From the NCBI GenBank assembly GCA_965218435.1, contig CBDCKW010000009.1, positions 3,168,001 to 3,232,000 of the forward strand: DNA of 64,000 nt, written 5' to 3'. The position numbers and the translations under genes are program-made. This document shows, one piece after another, positions 1-9,762 of the stretch (position 1 is the stretch's first letter; each line of letters begins with the position of its first letter). A model generated the notes under the pieces. The model saw nothing but the letters and a program-made list of their open reading frames with translations, was not told the origin of the DNA and searched no databases. The stretch comes from Truepera sp. (GTDB lineage: Bacteria; Deinococcota; Deinococci; Deinococcales; Trueperaceae).

Positions 1-2
1 CT

Positions 3-971
3 ACATCAGCATGGACAAAAAAAGAGTTCAACAGCGAGAGAGGGTCTGAGCAATTTTTTCACCTTGGTTTCGGCAAACCAGATTCTCTACGTCCGAAACC
101 TGTTGGCTTAATCGAGCATATTGTTCAGCTGATTAAACCCGACGAAGCCGTTGCGCTCGACTACTTCGCAGGCTCCGGCACCACCGGCCACGCCGTCATC
201 AACCTCAACCGTGAGGATGGCGGCACCCGCAAGTACATCCTGGTGGAGATGGGCGACTACTTCGATACGGTCTTGAAACCGCGTATTCAAAAGGTCGTCT
301 ACAGCAAAGACTGGAAAGACGGTAAGCCGGTGTCGCGGGAGGGTAGCAGCCAGCTCATTAAGGTGCTGAGGCTCGAGTCTTACGAGGACGCGCTGAATAA
401 CCTCGAGGTCAGGAGGCCCACTACCGGGCAGGGTGAGCTGGACTTTTCCGGTGACGCCATGAAGGGCTTTCGGGAGGACTACCTGCTGCACTACATGTTG
501 GATGTAGAAACGCGGGGCAGCGCGTCGCTCCTGAACATTGACGGTTTTAGAGACCCGTTCGCGTATGAGCTGAAGATTGCCAGCAGCAGCGCAGGCGAGA
601 CGCAGCCCACCAAAGTTGACCTCATCGAGACGTTTAACTACCTGTTGGGTTTGCAGGTCAAAACCACCGAGACGCTACAGGGCTTTAAGGTCGTTACCGG
701 ACAAACTCTGAGCGGGGAAAAAGTGTTGGTGATTTGGCGCAACCTGGACAAAAAAGACAACGCGGCGCTCGATAACTTTCTCTCTAGGCAGAAGTACAAC
801 CCTCGAGACATGGAGTTCGACCTGATTTACGTCAACGGCGACAACAACCTGCAGAACCTGCGGCGTGAAGATGAAACCTGGAAAGTTCGGCTGATTGAAG
901 AGGAGTTTCAACGGCTGATGTTCGATGTTAGGTCTGACGGGGCTAGTGCCCCTAACCTAAGGGACGTTTGA
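3..971 (+). CDS. mod: Type III restriction-modification DNA methyltransferase (Mod), 5'-truncated by the window edge
   Basis: Frame is open from base 3: ...RPKPVGLIEHIV...ALDYFAGSGTTGHAV (PKP plus the SAM-binding motif I of beta-class N6-MTases), then the typical Mod C-terminus 'VDLIETFNYLLGL...IYVNGDNNL'. Overlaps res. Confidence 0.9.
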   Translation, partial: TSAWTKKEFNSERGSEQFFHLGFGKPDSLRPKPVGLIEHIVQLIKPDEAVALDYFAGSGTTGHAVINLNREDGGTRKYILVEMGDYFDTVLKPRIQKVVYSKDWKDGKPVSREGSSQLIKVLRLESYEDALNNLEVRRPTTGQGELDFSGDAMKGFREDYLLHYMLDVETRGSASLLNIDGFRDPFAYELKIASSSAGETQPTKVDLIETFNYLLGLQVKTTETLQGFKVVTGQTLSGEKVLVIWRNLDKKDNAALDNFLSRQKYNPRDMEFDLIYVNGDNNLQNLRREDETWKVRLIEEEFQRLMFDVRSDGASAPNLRDV

Positions 972-3900
972 TGACGGTTGCAACGGAAGGCAAGGCAACG
1001 AAAAGGGCAAAAAAAGTAGACGTGCGGCTCGACCAGCAGCTTGTCTTGAACCGCTATTTACTGGGGCTTTTCGGGGTCGAGAAGCTTGAAGACCTGACGG
1101 AGGAACTCAAAGGCTCGGAGCTAGAGCGGCTTGACGAGAACAACATCTCGCAGTTTCACCACGAGCTGACGCACCGGCTTGGGCGGGCAGAACGTGTGTC
1201 GGGGGCGGTCGGCACACTCACCAAAGAGCTACTGCTCGGCTATGACGAGAACATCGTCTCGCACACGCTCCGTATCAGCCAGACGCGGGCGGAGCCGCTT
1301 CGCTGGAAATACTTTCAGTACCTCTCGCTGCTCTTTACCGAAATCTATCTGGACGCTTACTTTCGTGACCCGGACAGGCTTTTGGTGGGGCTGAACGAGC
1401 AGCTGGACGCCGTAAACGAGGAGCAGGGGACAGAACTCCCGCCTTACGAGCCGGACGACCTCCGCAAGCTCGCCTTCTGGAACGCGACGGGCTCGGGCAA
1501 GACGCTCTTGATGCACGTCAACATCTTGCAGTATCAGCACTACGCTAAGCGGCACGCTCAGGAAGGGGCGCTCAACCGTGTGATTTTGCTCACGCCCAAC
1601 GAGGGGCTTTCAAACCAGCACCTTAAGGAGTTTGAGGCGTCGGGTTTGGGGGCGGTGCGCTTTCAAAAAGACGGTGGCGGGCTCTTTTCCGGGGGCGCGG
1701 TCGAGGTCATTGACATTCATAAGCTTGCAGAAGAGTCGGGCGAGAAGACGGTTGCGGTGGACGCCTTTGAGGGCAACAACCTGGTTTTGGTGGATGAAGG
1801 ACACCGGGGCAGTTCGGGGCTCGAGTGGAAACGCCGCCGGGACGCGCTCTCTGTCGACGGGTTCGCGTTCGAGTATTCGGCAACCTTCGGGCAGGCGGTC
1901 AAGGCGAGTAAAAAGGACGACCTCAAGGCCGAATACGCTAAGTGCATCTTGTTCGACTACTCGTACCGCTACTTCTACGCTGACGGCTTCGGCAAAGACT
2001 TTCGCATCTTTAATGTGGGTGAGGAGCGTGAAGAAGTCCGGCAGCTCTACCTCACAGCCTGCTTACTGACTTTTTACCAGCAACTCCGCGCTTATAAAGA
2101 GAACGCACAAGCGTTTGCACCTTATGGGCTCGAGAAACCCTTGTGGGTCTTTGTCGGCGGCACAGTGACGGCGGTGCGAACCGTCGGGGGGCAGAAAGTC
2201 TCGGACGTGCTCGACGTGCTGCTTTTTCTGGCTTCATTTACCTCTGAGCGGGAGACAGTGCTGCGGCGTATCGAAACCTTACTGAGCGGGCACACCGGGC
2301 TTTTATCGGGCGCTAGCACGGATGCTTTCGCCAAAAGTTTTAGCTATTTGGTTTCCAGCAAAGACGCGCCGGAGGTTATTTACGCGGACATCTTGAAACG
2401 CGTTTTTAACGCGGGTGGTACAGGCAAGTTGCACGTCTCGCAGATAAAAGCTGCCGACGGAGAGATTGCGCTTCGTTTGGGTGAGAACGAACCCTTCGGC
2501 GTTATCAACGTCGGTGACGCGAAAGCACTTACCGACCTGTGCGGAGAACACCCAGACACGCTCTTGGTTGAGGACAGCGACTTTGCCGACTCGCTCTTTG
2601 GACGTATCAACCAGAAAGACTCGCCGGTCAACGTCCTTATCGGCTCTAAAAAGTTTACCGAGGGCTGGAGCAGCTGGCGGGTCTCAACGATGGGGCTCAT
2701 GAACATCGGGCGTTCCGAAGGCAGCGAGATTATCCAGCTCTTTGGGCGCGGGGTGCGGCTCAGGGGTTTTGAAGGTTCGCTCAAACGTAGCAGCGCGTTG
2801 GTGAGGACAACGGTGGGAACGAGCGGGATGCCCGCACCGGAGAACTTGCCACTCGTTGAGACGCTCGGTATTTTCGGCGTTCGCGCGGACTACATGCAGC
2901 ACTTTAAGGAGTACCTCGAGGAAGAGGGTATCCCGACTAACGAAGAGCGCGTAGAGTTCACGTTGCCGATTGTTAAAACGCTGGCCACTGAACCGCTTAA
3001 GGTCATCGGTATTCAGGGCGGGCTCGAGTTTAAGCAAGCTGGCCCCAAAGTTCTGCTGGGGCCACCACCGGAGGCGTTCACCAAAAGGCTCGTGGCGGTT
3101 AACTGGTATCCGAAGCTCGAGGCGGCCCAGAGTAAGGGTGTCAAAACGGGCAACGGTAGCGTGACGCTGCATACGGGCGTACTGGGCACAGAACACGTGG
3201 CACTTTTAGACCTGGACGCCCTTACCTTTGAGCTTCAGCGTTTCAAATACGAACGCAACTGGCATAACGTAAGCGTTTCTAAAGAAGCGGTGGCGGCGCT
3301 TTTGGCACGTCACGACTGGTACAAGCTCGAGATTCCGGCGCGGGAACTCCGCTTTACCTCATTTACGCAGGTGCGCGTCTGGCAGGAGGTAGCGACGGCG
3401 CTTCTGAAAAAATACCTCGAGCGGTTTTACACCTATCACAAGGCTGCGTGGGAAGGCGAGCGCCTCGAGGTGCAGACGCTTTCAGCGAAGAGCAGCAACT
3501 TTGTCGAACAGTACAAGGTGACGGTAGATGCACCTGAGAAGGAGCTGCTCGTCAAGCTAGAAGCACTTAAGGACAAGCTCGAGCGGGGTGAGCAGAGCGG
3601 CGATATAGCTTTCGGCGACTTTTACGCTTACGGCCTCGGTGTCCACCAGTACTACCCGCTTATCGCGAGTTGGGCCAAAGGGATTTCGGTCAGCCCGGTT
3701 GCGCTTAATTTGGGCGAGAAAGATTTTACCTACGACCTGAAAAGTTATCTCGAGCGCCCGGACACGCCCCTTACAGGCCAAAAGGTCTACCTGCTGCGTA
3801 ACCAGAGCCGGGGCAAAGGCTTAGGCTTTTTCGCCGAGGAAAACTTCTACCCCGACTTTATCCTCTGGATTGTGGACGGCGCACGGCAGTTCGTAACTTT

Positions 3901-4207
3901 CGTAGACCCTAGAGGCTTGCGTAACCTGAGTGGGTTGGAAGACCCCAAGATAACCTTTTTCAAAAAGGTCAAAGAGTTTGAGCAAAAACTAGGTGACCCC
4001 AATCTCATCTTAAACTCGTTTATCGTCTCCGGTACGCCGCTCGCGGACGTAAACTGGTGGGACAAAACGCTAGGCGAGCACGGGTTTTGCAAGTACAACG
4101 TGCTGTTTCAAAAAAGCTCTGCTTATAGCTCGGACTACAACTACGTCGGTACGATGGTCAAGCTTCTTTTGCAGCAAGGGGCAGCAGGACTCAAAGAGCA
4201 GCTTTAG
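968..4207 (+). CDS. res: Type III restriction endonuclease Res subunit (SF2 helicase plus PD-(D/E)xK-like nuclease)
   Basis: Walker A NATGSGKT, DEGH, SAT, QLFGRGVR; C-terminal FYPDFILW...FVDPRG; coupled to mod (the annotated start may be the ATG at 971). Confidence 0.88.
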   Translation: MMTVATEGKATKRAKKVDVRLDQQLVLNRYLLGLFGVEKLEDLTEELKGSELERLDENNISQFHHELTHRLGRAERVSGAVGTLTKELLLGYDENIVSHTLRISQTRAEPLRWKYFQYLSLLFTEIYLDAYFRDPDRLLVGLNEQLDAVNEEQGTELPPYEPDDLRKLAFWNATGSGKTLLMHVNILQYQHYAKRHAQEGALNRVILLTPNEGLSNQHLKEFEASGLGAVRFQKDGGGLFSGGAVEVIDIHKLAEESGEKTVAVDAFEGNNLVLVDEGHRGSSGLEWKRRRDALSVDGFAFEYSATFGQAVKASKKDDLKAEYAKCILFDYSYRYFYADGFGKDFRIFNVGEEREEVRQLYLTACLLTFYQQLRAYKENAQAFAPYGLEKPLWVFVGGTVTAVRTVGGQKVSDVLDVLLFLASFTSERETVLRRIETLLSGHTGLLSGASTDAFAKSFSYLVSSKDAPEVIYADILKRVFNAGGTGKLHVSQIKAADGEIALRLGENEPFGVINVGDAKALTDLCGEHPDTLLVEDSDFADSLFGRINQKDSPVNVLIGSKKFTEGWSSWRVSTMGLMNIGRSEGSEIIQLFGRGVRLRGFEGSLKRSSALVRTTVGTSGMPAPENLPLVETLGIFGVRADYMQHFKEYLEEEGIPTNEERVEFTLPIVKTLATEPLKVIGIQGGLEFKQAGPKVLLGPPPEAFTKRLVAVNWYPKLEAAQSKGVKTGNGSVTLHTGVLGTEHVALLDLDALTFELQRFKYERNWHNVSVSKEAVAALLARHDWYKLEIPARELRFTSFTQVRVWQEVATALLKKYLERFYTYHKAAWEGERLEVQTLSAKSSNFVEQYKVTVDAPEKELLVKLEALKDKLERGEQSGDIAFGDFYAYGLGVHQYYPLIASWAKGISVSPVALNLGEKDFTYDLKSYLERPDTPLTGQKVYLLRNQSRGKGLGFFAEENFYPDFILWIVDGARQFVTFVDPRGLRNLSGLEDPKITFFKKVKEFEQKLGDPNLILNSFIVSGTPLADVNWWDKTLGEHGFCKYNVLFQKSSAYSSDYNYVGTMVKLLLQQGAAGLKEQL

Positions 4208-4220
4208 ATAAGGTCTCGTG

Positions 4221-4279
4221 AAAAAACCGAGCTGAGAGTAGTATCCAACGCAAGTTAGACACCGCTCTCAGCTCGGTTT
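4221..4279. terminator. Long hairpin after res; terminator-like, with the U-tract on the minus strand
   Basis: AAACCGAGCTGAGAG (4224-4238) pairs perfectly with CTCTCAGCTCGGTTT (4265-4279); an inner stem ends in a GCAA loop. Confidence 0.6.
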
Positions 4280-4589
4280 CTAGGCGAACCCACGACAAAA
4301 ACTAGGGTACTCGAGCTGTCATGCTAAACAGGTGGGTTAGGTAAGGCTCCTTTTTTAAGGGTTCCAGCGTCGCGGAACACCCATCATGAAGTGCTCTGTA
4401 AAACAGATGTGGGAAAGCGTATCACCCGTATGAACCGAGCGGCTTAAAGTTCAAGGCATGGTCGCACCTCTACGTGAAGAGCCTAGTCAAGGTATAAGGC
4501 ACGTCTTGCCGGACGTGCTCGAGCCCTTTTAACTTGAGCAGGATGCTAAGCACAGCACCAAAACCGTCTTTTAGAAGTATCGTACCGCC

Positions 4590-4997
4590 GAATAGTGCAA
4601 CCGGAGCAGCGGCGTTCGACCTAGACGGTGTCACGTTGTTAAAAACGCGTGGACTAGACGCCGACGTTGCCGAGTACCTTAACTGCGCCTACGGCGACCG
4701 GGCCGTAAAAGTTGCCGAGCTCGCCCAAACCTATCCGGGACGCCTCGTACCGGGGCACCCATAGCTCGAGGCCGAAGTCGTCTACAGCGCCACCTATAAG
4801 GGAGCCGATACCGCCGTTGATTGTGCCGTACCCGGCTGGCGTTTTGAGACCAAAGGGCGGCGCTGGGGGCGCTGCCTAGAGTCATTGACCTGCTCGGCCA
4901 AACGCTTTCGTGGGACGAAGCCAGAAAACAGCGAGAGAGGCAGGAAGCTATGGCCTACTTCGGCAAAACCAAAGAACCTCAACCGGTGATGTCTTAA
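4590..4997 (+). pseudogene. glpD: C-terminal remnant of FAD-dependent glycerol-3-phosphate dehydrogenase
   Basis: Reads ...AYGDRAVKVAELA...RLVPGHP*LEAEVVYSA..., then after a frameshift RTRLAF*DQRAALGALPRVIDLLGQTLSWDEARKQRE, which is the GlpD C-terminal pattern. Two stops, a frameshift, no N-terminus. Confidence 0.75.
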
Positions 4998-5016
4998 AGT
5001 CGTCAGCCAGACGAAT

Positions 5017-5820
5017 CTAAATTGCTGTGTGTCTATTAAGAGCACCGTATCGCTCTTCCCATGTGTCTAAGAGAGGCTTCACGCTCATGAGCAAAGTTTT
5101 GCAGTAGCTCATCAGCTCTAAGTTTGCGTAGTCTTGTTCTCGTGGTGAAGCTGCTAGCCGCCAAACGATTTGAAAAGCGAGTGAAACTGCTACCTTAGCT
5201 TTTTGAAAGCAGAATGCGGCATATCGCCAATTCGTCATTTTGTTGAGTTTGGGATGTAATGCCAAGGGCAAAGCTCCGGAGGACGGATGCACAGCCTTAT
5301 CTTTAAAGTGGTAGATGTGTTTTAGTGCTTCTCTGAGCCCTTGAGTGTCTGAGTTGTCTATTCGATATGCCAGTCTGAGCACTTCTAAAACTTGTTTATA
5401 TCTAGCTGTCCTGTTATTGTACCAAGCTCGAGCCGTTTCGTCGGGTATAGTCACATAGTCTTTCGTGCTCGCATAAAATGCGTCTACCGCTATTCCAGCT
5501 GCCATCATTGCTTGCATACCAGAAGAGAACTCAAGCTTTAGCGCCTCACCTATCTCCTCGTTGTTATTTCTTTCTTCTGCATCTGTTATGGCGTTACTGT
5601 TCTTCTCTGTTATCACGAGATGACCGTAAGCAATTTGCAGCCAGTACGGACACATGTAAGACCCGGTGTGAAACTCAATCGGCTGAGCCTCTAACTTTCC
5701 ATCGTCCCTAATGCTTATCGTCAAGCTCGGTATAACTAGACTGTCACCTTCAACAAGAAACGGCTGTATATCTTGAGAACTCTCTTTATCCTTCTGTCCT
5801 TCATCATCTTCATTGACCAT
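5017..5820 (-). CDS. Hypothetical protein, low GC, possible HEPN-like fold
   Basis: 267-aa ORF, visibly AT-richer than its flanks; 'AAGIAVDAF' helix and 'FKDKAVHP' resemble the HEPN E/D...Rx4H motifs. Confidence 0.6.
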   Translation of the reverse strand: MVNEDDEGQKDKESSQDIQPFLVEGDSLVIPSLTISIRDDGKLEAQPIEFHTGSYMCPYWLQIAYGHLVITEKNSNAITDAEERNNNEEIGEALKLEFSSGMQAMMAAGIAVDAFYASTKDYVTIPDETARAWYNNRTARYKQVLEVLRLAYRIDNSDTQGLREALKHIYHFKDKAVHPSSGALPLALHPKLNKMTNWRYAAFCFQKAKVAVSLAFQIVWRLAASPREQDYANLELMSYCKTLLMSVKPLLDTWEERYGALNRHTAI

Positions 5821-5904
5821 GACCGATTATCACGAATGCAAAAAGTTTTTACAATACACTCCCTTGAGTTAGAAACAAGCAATGATAAGCTCTGCTGAAT
5901 CAGT

Positions 5905-6132
5905 CTATTTCTCGCGCCACCGCCCCGAATCATCTTTTTCGTAGGTCTGCCCGACCGCCGACCACGCCACCCGGTGCGAGACCTCTTCACGTGAGGCGTC
6001 GTCACGGCGCTCATCCGGGTCTTTGTACTCGTCCCAGGCGCTGTTATAGGCGGCGCGGTAGATTTCTTGGGCGTGTTTGGGCAGGTTATCTTGAACCGAG
6101 TCGGGTAAATCACTTAGATTTTTGTAAGGCAT
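5905..6132 (-). CDS. chaB: ChaB family putative cation transport regulator
   Basis: MPY..LSDLPDSVQDNLPKHAQEIYRAAYNSAW...HRVAWSAV...YEK..GRW signature. Confidence 0.92.
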   Translation of the reverse strand: MPYKNLSDLPDSVQDNLPKHAQEIYRAAYNSAWDEYKDPDERRDDASREEVSHRVAWSAVGQTYEKDDSGRWREK

Positions 6133-6171
6133 GTCGAACCCTCGACCCTCGTATCGTTACGCTAAGTCAGA

Positions 6172-7026
6172 TTATTCCCGAGAAACCTTGCCCAGACTGT
6201 TCTCTGGTTCCGGTTGCAGGTCCTCTTCCGGCCGCACCTCTTCAGAAACGGGCTTGTCCCGCAAGACGCCGCGTAAAAGGATAACGTAACCGACGATACC
6301 GATAAGCGCAAACGAAAACCACTGAAACGCATACGAGAGGTGCGGCCCCTGGCTGATTTCGGGAGGCGGCGGCGGAACGGGGAGTTGCCCCGACTGAGCA
6401 GGCGTCTGCGTGGCGAGTTCTAAAAAGACGGGCTCGAGCGTATACGGCCGCCCTACACTGAGACGGGCCGGATCAACAAAGAAGGCTGCCTCGAGCTTTC
6501 CTTTAGCCGGGTCTTTCTGAACCAAACCGAGCGAACCGAGAAACCCGCCCCCGGTAGGTTCCGGCTGAGCGGGTTGCAAAATGCCGGTCACAGTTACCTT
6601 TTCGGGCGGCGGCGCAGCTTCTCTAATCGGTGGATCGTCGAGCGCGAAAGGCACCCACCCCCGGTCTACTAAGAGCGCACGGCCCGACGCTAAACGTAGG
6701 GGCGTCAGGACGTGATAACCCGGTTGCTCGTTTAGCGCACGGGAACGAAGTAAAAGCTCGTTCGCCGTATCAAAACGTCCCGTTACTTGGGCGCGGCGGT
6801 AGGCGACCGAATCCTCTGCCCGCTCAGAAGCAGTCGAAGAATATTGGTTGACGAGTTGGCCAAAGGGCTGAGGTCGAGCCTCGAGGCGGGCCTCGAGCAG
6901 CGCGTTATACGCTTCCCGCTGAGCGAGGCGGCGCAACTGCCAAAAGCCAAAGTTGACAAACAAGACAACCAAGCCGAAGGCTAAAAGATGACCGAACAAC
7001 CAGCGCGGCGTTAAAAGTTTTTTCAT
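6172..7026 (-). CDS. SURF1/Shy1 family cytochrome oxidase assembly protein
   Basis: GFWQLRR, PGYHVLTPL, LLVDRGWVP and HLSYAFQWFSFA motifs; ATG at 7026 with GAGG RBS; last gene of the oxidase operon. Confidence 0.9.
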   Translation of the reverse strand: MKKLLTPRWLFGHLLAFGLVVLFVNFGFWQLRRLAQREAYNALLEARLEARPQPFGQLVNQYSSTASERAEDSVAYRRAQVTGRFDTANELLLRSRALNEQPGYHVLTPLRLASGRALLVDRGWVPFALDDPPIREAAPPPEKVTVTGILQPAQPEPTGGGFLGSLGLVQKDPAKGKLEAAFFVDPARLSVGRPYTLEPVFLELATQTPAQSGQLPVPPPPPEISQGPHLSYAFQWFSFALIGIVGYVILLRGVLRDKPVSEEVRPEEDLQPEPENSLGKVSRE

Positions 7027-7116
7027 GTCCTCTTCTCGAGCAAAAAGGGACGCAGCAGCATAAACTGTGCGCCCCTTTAGTATCAACGTGTCAACAAACG
7101 TGTCAAACGGTGACGC

Positions 7117-9762
7117 TCAGTTCGTGCCCCTTTGTGGACTTCCGGGGGTAATATCATTGCCCGCTCCGGGACCCGGCAGCTGTTCGGGTATTTCACCGGG
7201 AGCCGTTCCGGTCGCCTCGGGGACGCCCGTCGTGGTGGACTCAGGCAACGTATTGATTTGTCCTGAATTGCCCCCTCGACCCTGAATACTCTCCTCTTGA
7301 TAGACGCTGTACGGGTCACCGGCGTTGCGGAGGTGACCGGGGCCTTGGTAAAAGATCGGCAACACGTAGACGATCAGCAAGACGAAAATCCACACGCCGT
7401 CAACTAGGTGCCAATACGCGACGGGAACCTCGAGCCCGTTTTGCAACTTCGGCGTAAATTTGTTTCGTTGGCCCCGGAAAAACGCGACCCCCAACATCGT
7501 CAACCCGGCGATGACGTGCAGCATGTGCAGACCGGTAATCGTAAAGAACGCCGACAAGTAGAGGTTTTGCCGGGGGTCGGCGCGGCCCAAAATTTCGCGC
7601 CACTCGAAGCTGGTGATCCCCAAGAAGATAGCGCCAAAGGCGATCGTAACCGCGAGCAAACCCAAAAAGGTATTGCGTTTGCCGTGGTTAAAGTCGTGAT
7701 GCGCGACGTGAACCGTCAGCGAACTCGAGACTAAAAAGAGCGTGTTGAGGAGCGCCAGCTTGATGCTCGGCAGCTCGGCCGGAAACGACATCCGGCCGTT
7801 TAAGAGCAGGTAAAAAAACGCCGAAAAGACCATTAAAAAGAGCGCGATTTCGGAACCTAAAAACCAGTACGTCGCCATCATCCCGTTGGGGGTCTTGGTG
7901 CGGTTGTGATGCTCGACCTCGAGCTCAATCTCAGGACTGGCGAACGCGGGCTCGTTGGCCCACATGATAAAGGCGAAGAGTGCTACGGCGATACCGACGG
8001 TCCAAAGCGGCCCCTGTAAGACCATCCCGGCTAAAAAGAGCCCGAGGCCACCGGCAGCGATCAGCGGCCAGATGCTGGCGTTGGGCAGATGGATATCGGA
8101 CTCACGCAGCGTTGCCCCTTCGCCGACCGGCCAGAGCCCGAGCTTTTTCCAGTCATAAAGTGGGCGTTCGCTGTGAAACTCGGTTGGGAGCGTGACGCCA
8201 AAGTTGTACGCAGGGGGTGGGCTCGAGGTCGCCCACTCGAGGCTGTACCCAAAACCCCACGGGTTAGGCCCAGCTTCTTTAGGTTTACGGAGGCTGACCA
8301 CGACGTTATAGACGAATAACAGAAACCCGAACGCGAGCATCAGCGAGCCGATTGACGAGATCGCGTTCCAGATACCCCAACCAAGACCCTCAGCGTAAGT
8401 ATAGATGCGGCGCGGCATCCCTAAAAGCCCCAAGATGTACTGCGGAAAGTAGGTCACCATAAAGCCGACGAACCAAAGCCAAAAGAGCCACTTGCCCATA
8501 CGCTCGTTGAGGAACCGACCGGTCATTTTAGGAAACCAGTAAAACGTTGCGGCCATCACGATAAAGATCGAACCGCCGATCAAGATATTGTGAAAGTGCG
8601 CGACGACCCAGTAGGTATCGTGCATCTGCCAGGTAAACGGCACAATGGCGAGCGCCACGCCGGTAATCCCGCCGATGGTAAAGAGGAAGATAAATCCCAA
8701 ACACATCAGCATCGCGGTATTAAAGACGATCTTACCCTTCCAAATTGTGGCCAGCCAGTTGAAAATCTTGACGCCCGTCGGTACCGCGACCAGCATCGTG
8801 GTAAAGGCGAAGACCGAGTTGAGAATCGGGCTGCCCATCGAGGTAAACATGTGATGCGCCCACACCAGATAACTGACCAGCGCAATGCCCATCGTCGCTC
8901 CGGCTAAAGCGGTGTAGCCGAAGATCGGTTTACGGGTCATCGTCGGCAAGATTTCCGAGACAATCCCAAACCACGGCAACACCATAATGTACACCGCCGG
9001 GTGCGAATAAAACCAAAAGAGGTGCTGATATAAAACCGGGTCGCCACCAATCGCGGGGTTATAGAGGCTGATACCGGTCGTGCGGTCAAGCAAGGTAATC
9101 ATCGTCGCGGCGGTGATCCCCGGCGTCGCTAAAACCTGCAAAAACGACGTGGCCATCATCGCCCAGCCAAACATCGGGAGTTGCCGCCAGCCCATCCCCG
9201 GCGTGCGGAGGTTGACCATTGTAACGATAAAATTGATGCCCGCAAAGATAGACGAAAAACCAACGAGCTGCAAACCTAAAATCCACGAATCCACCCCCGC
9301 CTGCGGCTGGTACTGCGAGCTGGCGAAGGGAAAATAAGCGACCCAGCCCCCTTGCGCCCAACCGCCGAAGAGCGGCGCGGAGTAGAGCAAAAGGCCGCCG
9401 AACAGGTACAGCCAGTACGCAAACGCGTTCATCCGCGGCAGCGCCATATCGCGCGCACCGATCATCAGCGGAATAAAGTAGTTGCCGAACCCGGCGGCAA
9501 TTGGAATAATAAATAAAAACTGCATCGTCGTGCCGTGGGCGGTCAGGATTTGGTTGTAAAAGCTGCCGACGAGCACGTCCATGTTGGGGCGTGAGAGCTG
9601 CAACCGGATCAGCAGCGCCGCAATCCCGCCAAGCGCAAAGAAGACGAAGCTCGTGACCAAATACATGATGCCGATCTTTTTGTGGTCGACGGTGGTTAAC
9701 AGGTCGAGCCAAAGGGGTTTACGTCTGACATCTTGTTGGGACTTTCCGACAGCAATACTCAT
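7117..9762 (-). CDS. ctaD: Cytochrome c oxidase caa3-type, fused subunits I and III (A2-type)
   Basis: TTVDHKKIG, HGTTM, FWFYSHPAVY (YS = A2 type), WAHHMF, VAHFH; C-terminal subunit III motifs SEIALF, TGLHMLHV, YWHLVD. Confidence 0.95.
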   Translation of the reverse strand: MSIAVGKSQQDVRRKPLWLDLLTTVDHKKIGIMYLVTSFVFFALGGIAALLIRLQLSRPNMDVLVGSFYNQILTAHGTTMQFLFIIPIAAGFGNYFIPLMIGARDMALPRMNAFAYWLYLFGGLLLYSAPLFGGWAQGGWVAYFPFASSQYQPQAGVDSWILGLQLVGFSSIFAGINFIVTMVNLRTPGMGWRQLPMFGWAMMATSFLQVLATPGITAATMITLLDRTTGISLYNPAIGGDPVLYQHLFWFYSHPAVYIMVLPWFGIVSEILPTMTRKPIFGYTALAGATMGIALVSYLVWAHHMFTSMGSPILNSVFAFTTMLVAVPTGVKIFNWLATIWKGKIVFNTAMLMCLGFIFLFTIGGITGVALAIVPFTWQMHDTYWVVAHFHNILIGGSIFIVMAATFYWFPKMTGRFLNERMGKWLFWLWFVGFMVTYFPQYILGLLGMPRRIYTYAEGLGWGIWNAISSIGSLMLAFGFLLFVYNVVVSLRKPKEAGPNPWGFGYSLEWATSSPPPAYNFGVTLPTEFHSERPLYDWKKLGLWPVGEGATLRESDIHLPNASIWPLIAAGGLGLFLAGMVLQGPLWTVGIAVALFAFIMWANEPAFASPEIELEVEHHNRTKTPNGMMATYWFLGSEIALFLMVFSAFFYLLLNGRMSFPAELPSIKLALLNTLFLVSSSLTVHVAHHDFNHGKRNTFLGLLAVTIAFGAIFLGITSFEWREILGRADPRQNLYLSAFFTITGLHMLHVIAGLTMLGVAFFRGQRNKFTPKLQNGLEVPVAYWHLVDGVWIFVLLIVYVLPIFYQGPGHLRNAGDPYSVYQEESIQGRGGNSGQINTLPESTTTGVPEATGTAPGEIPEQLPGPGAGNDITPGSPQRGTN

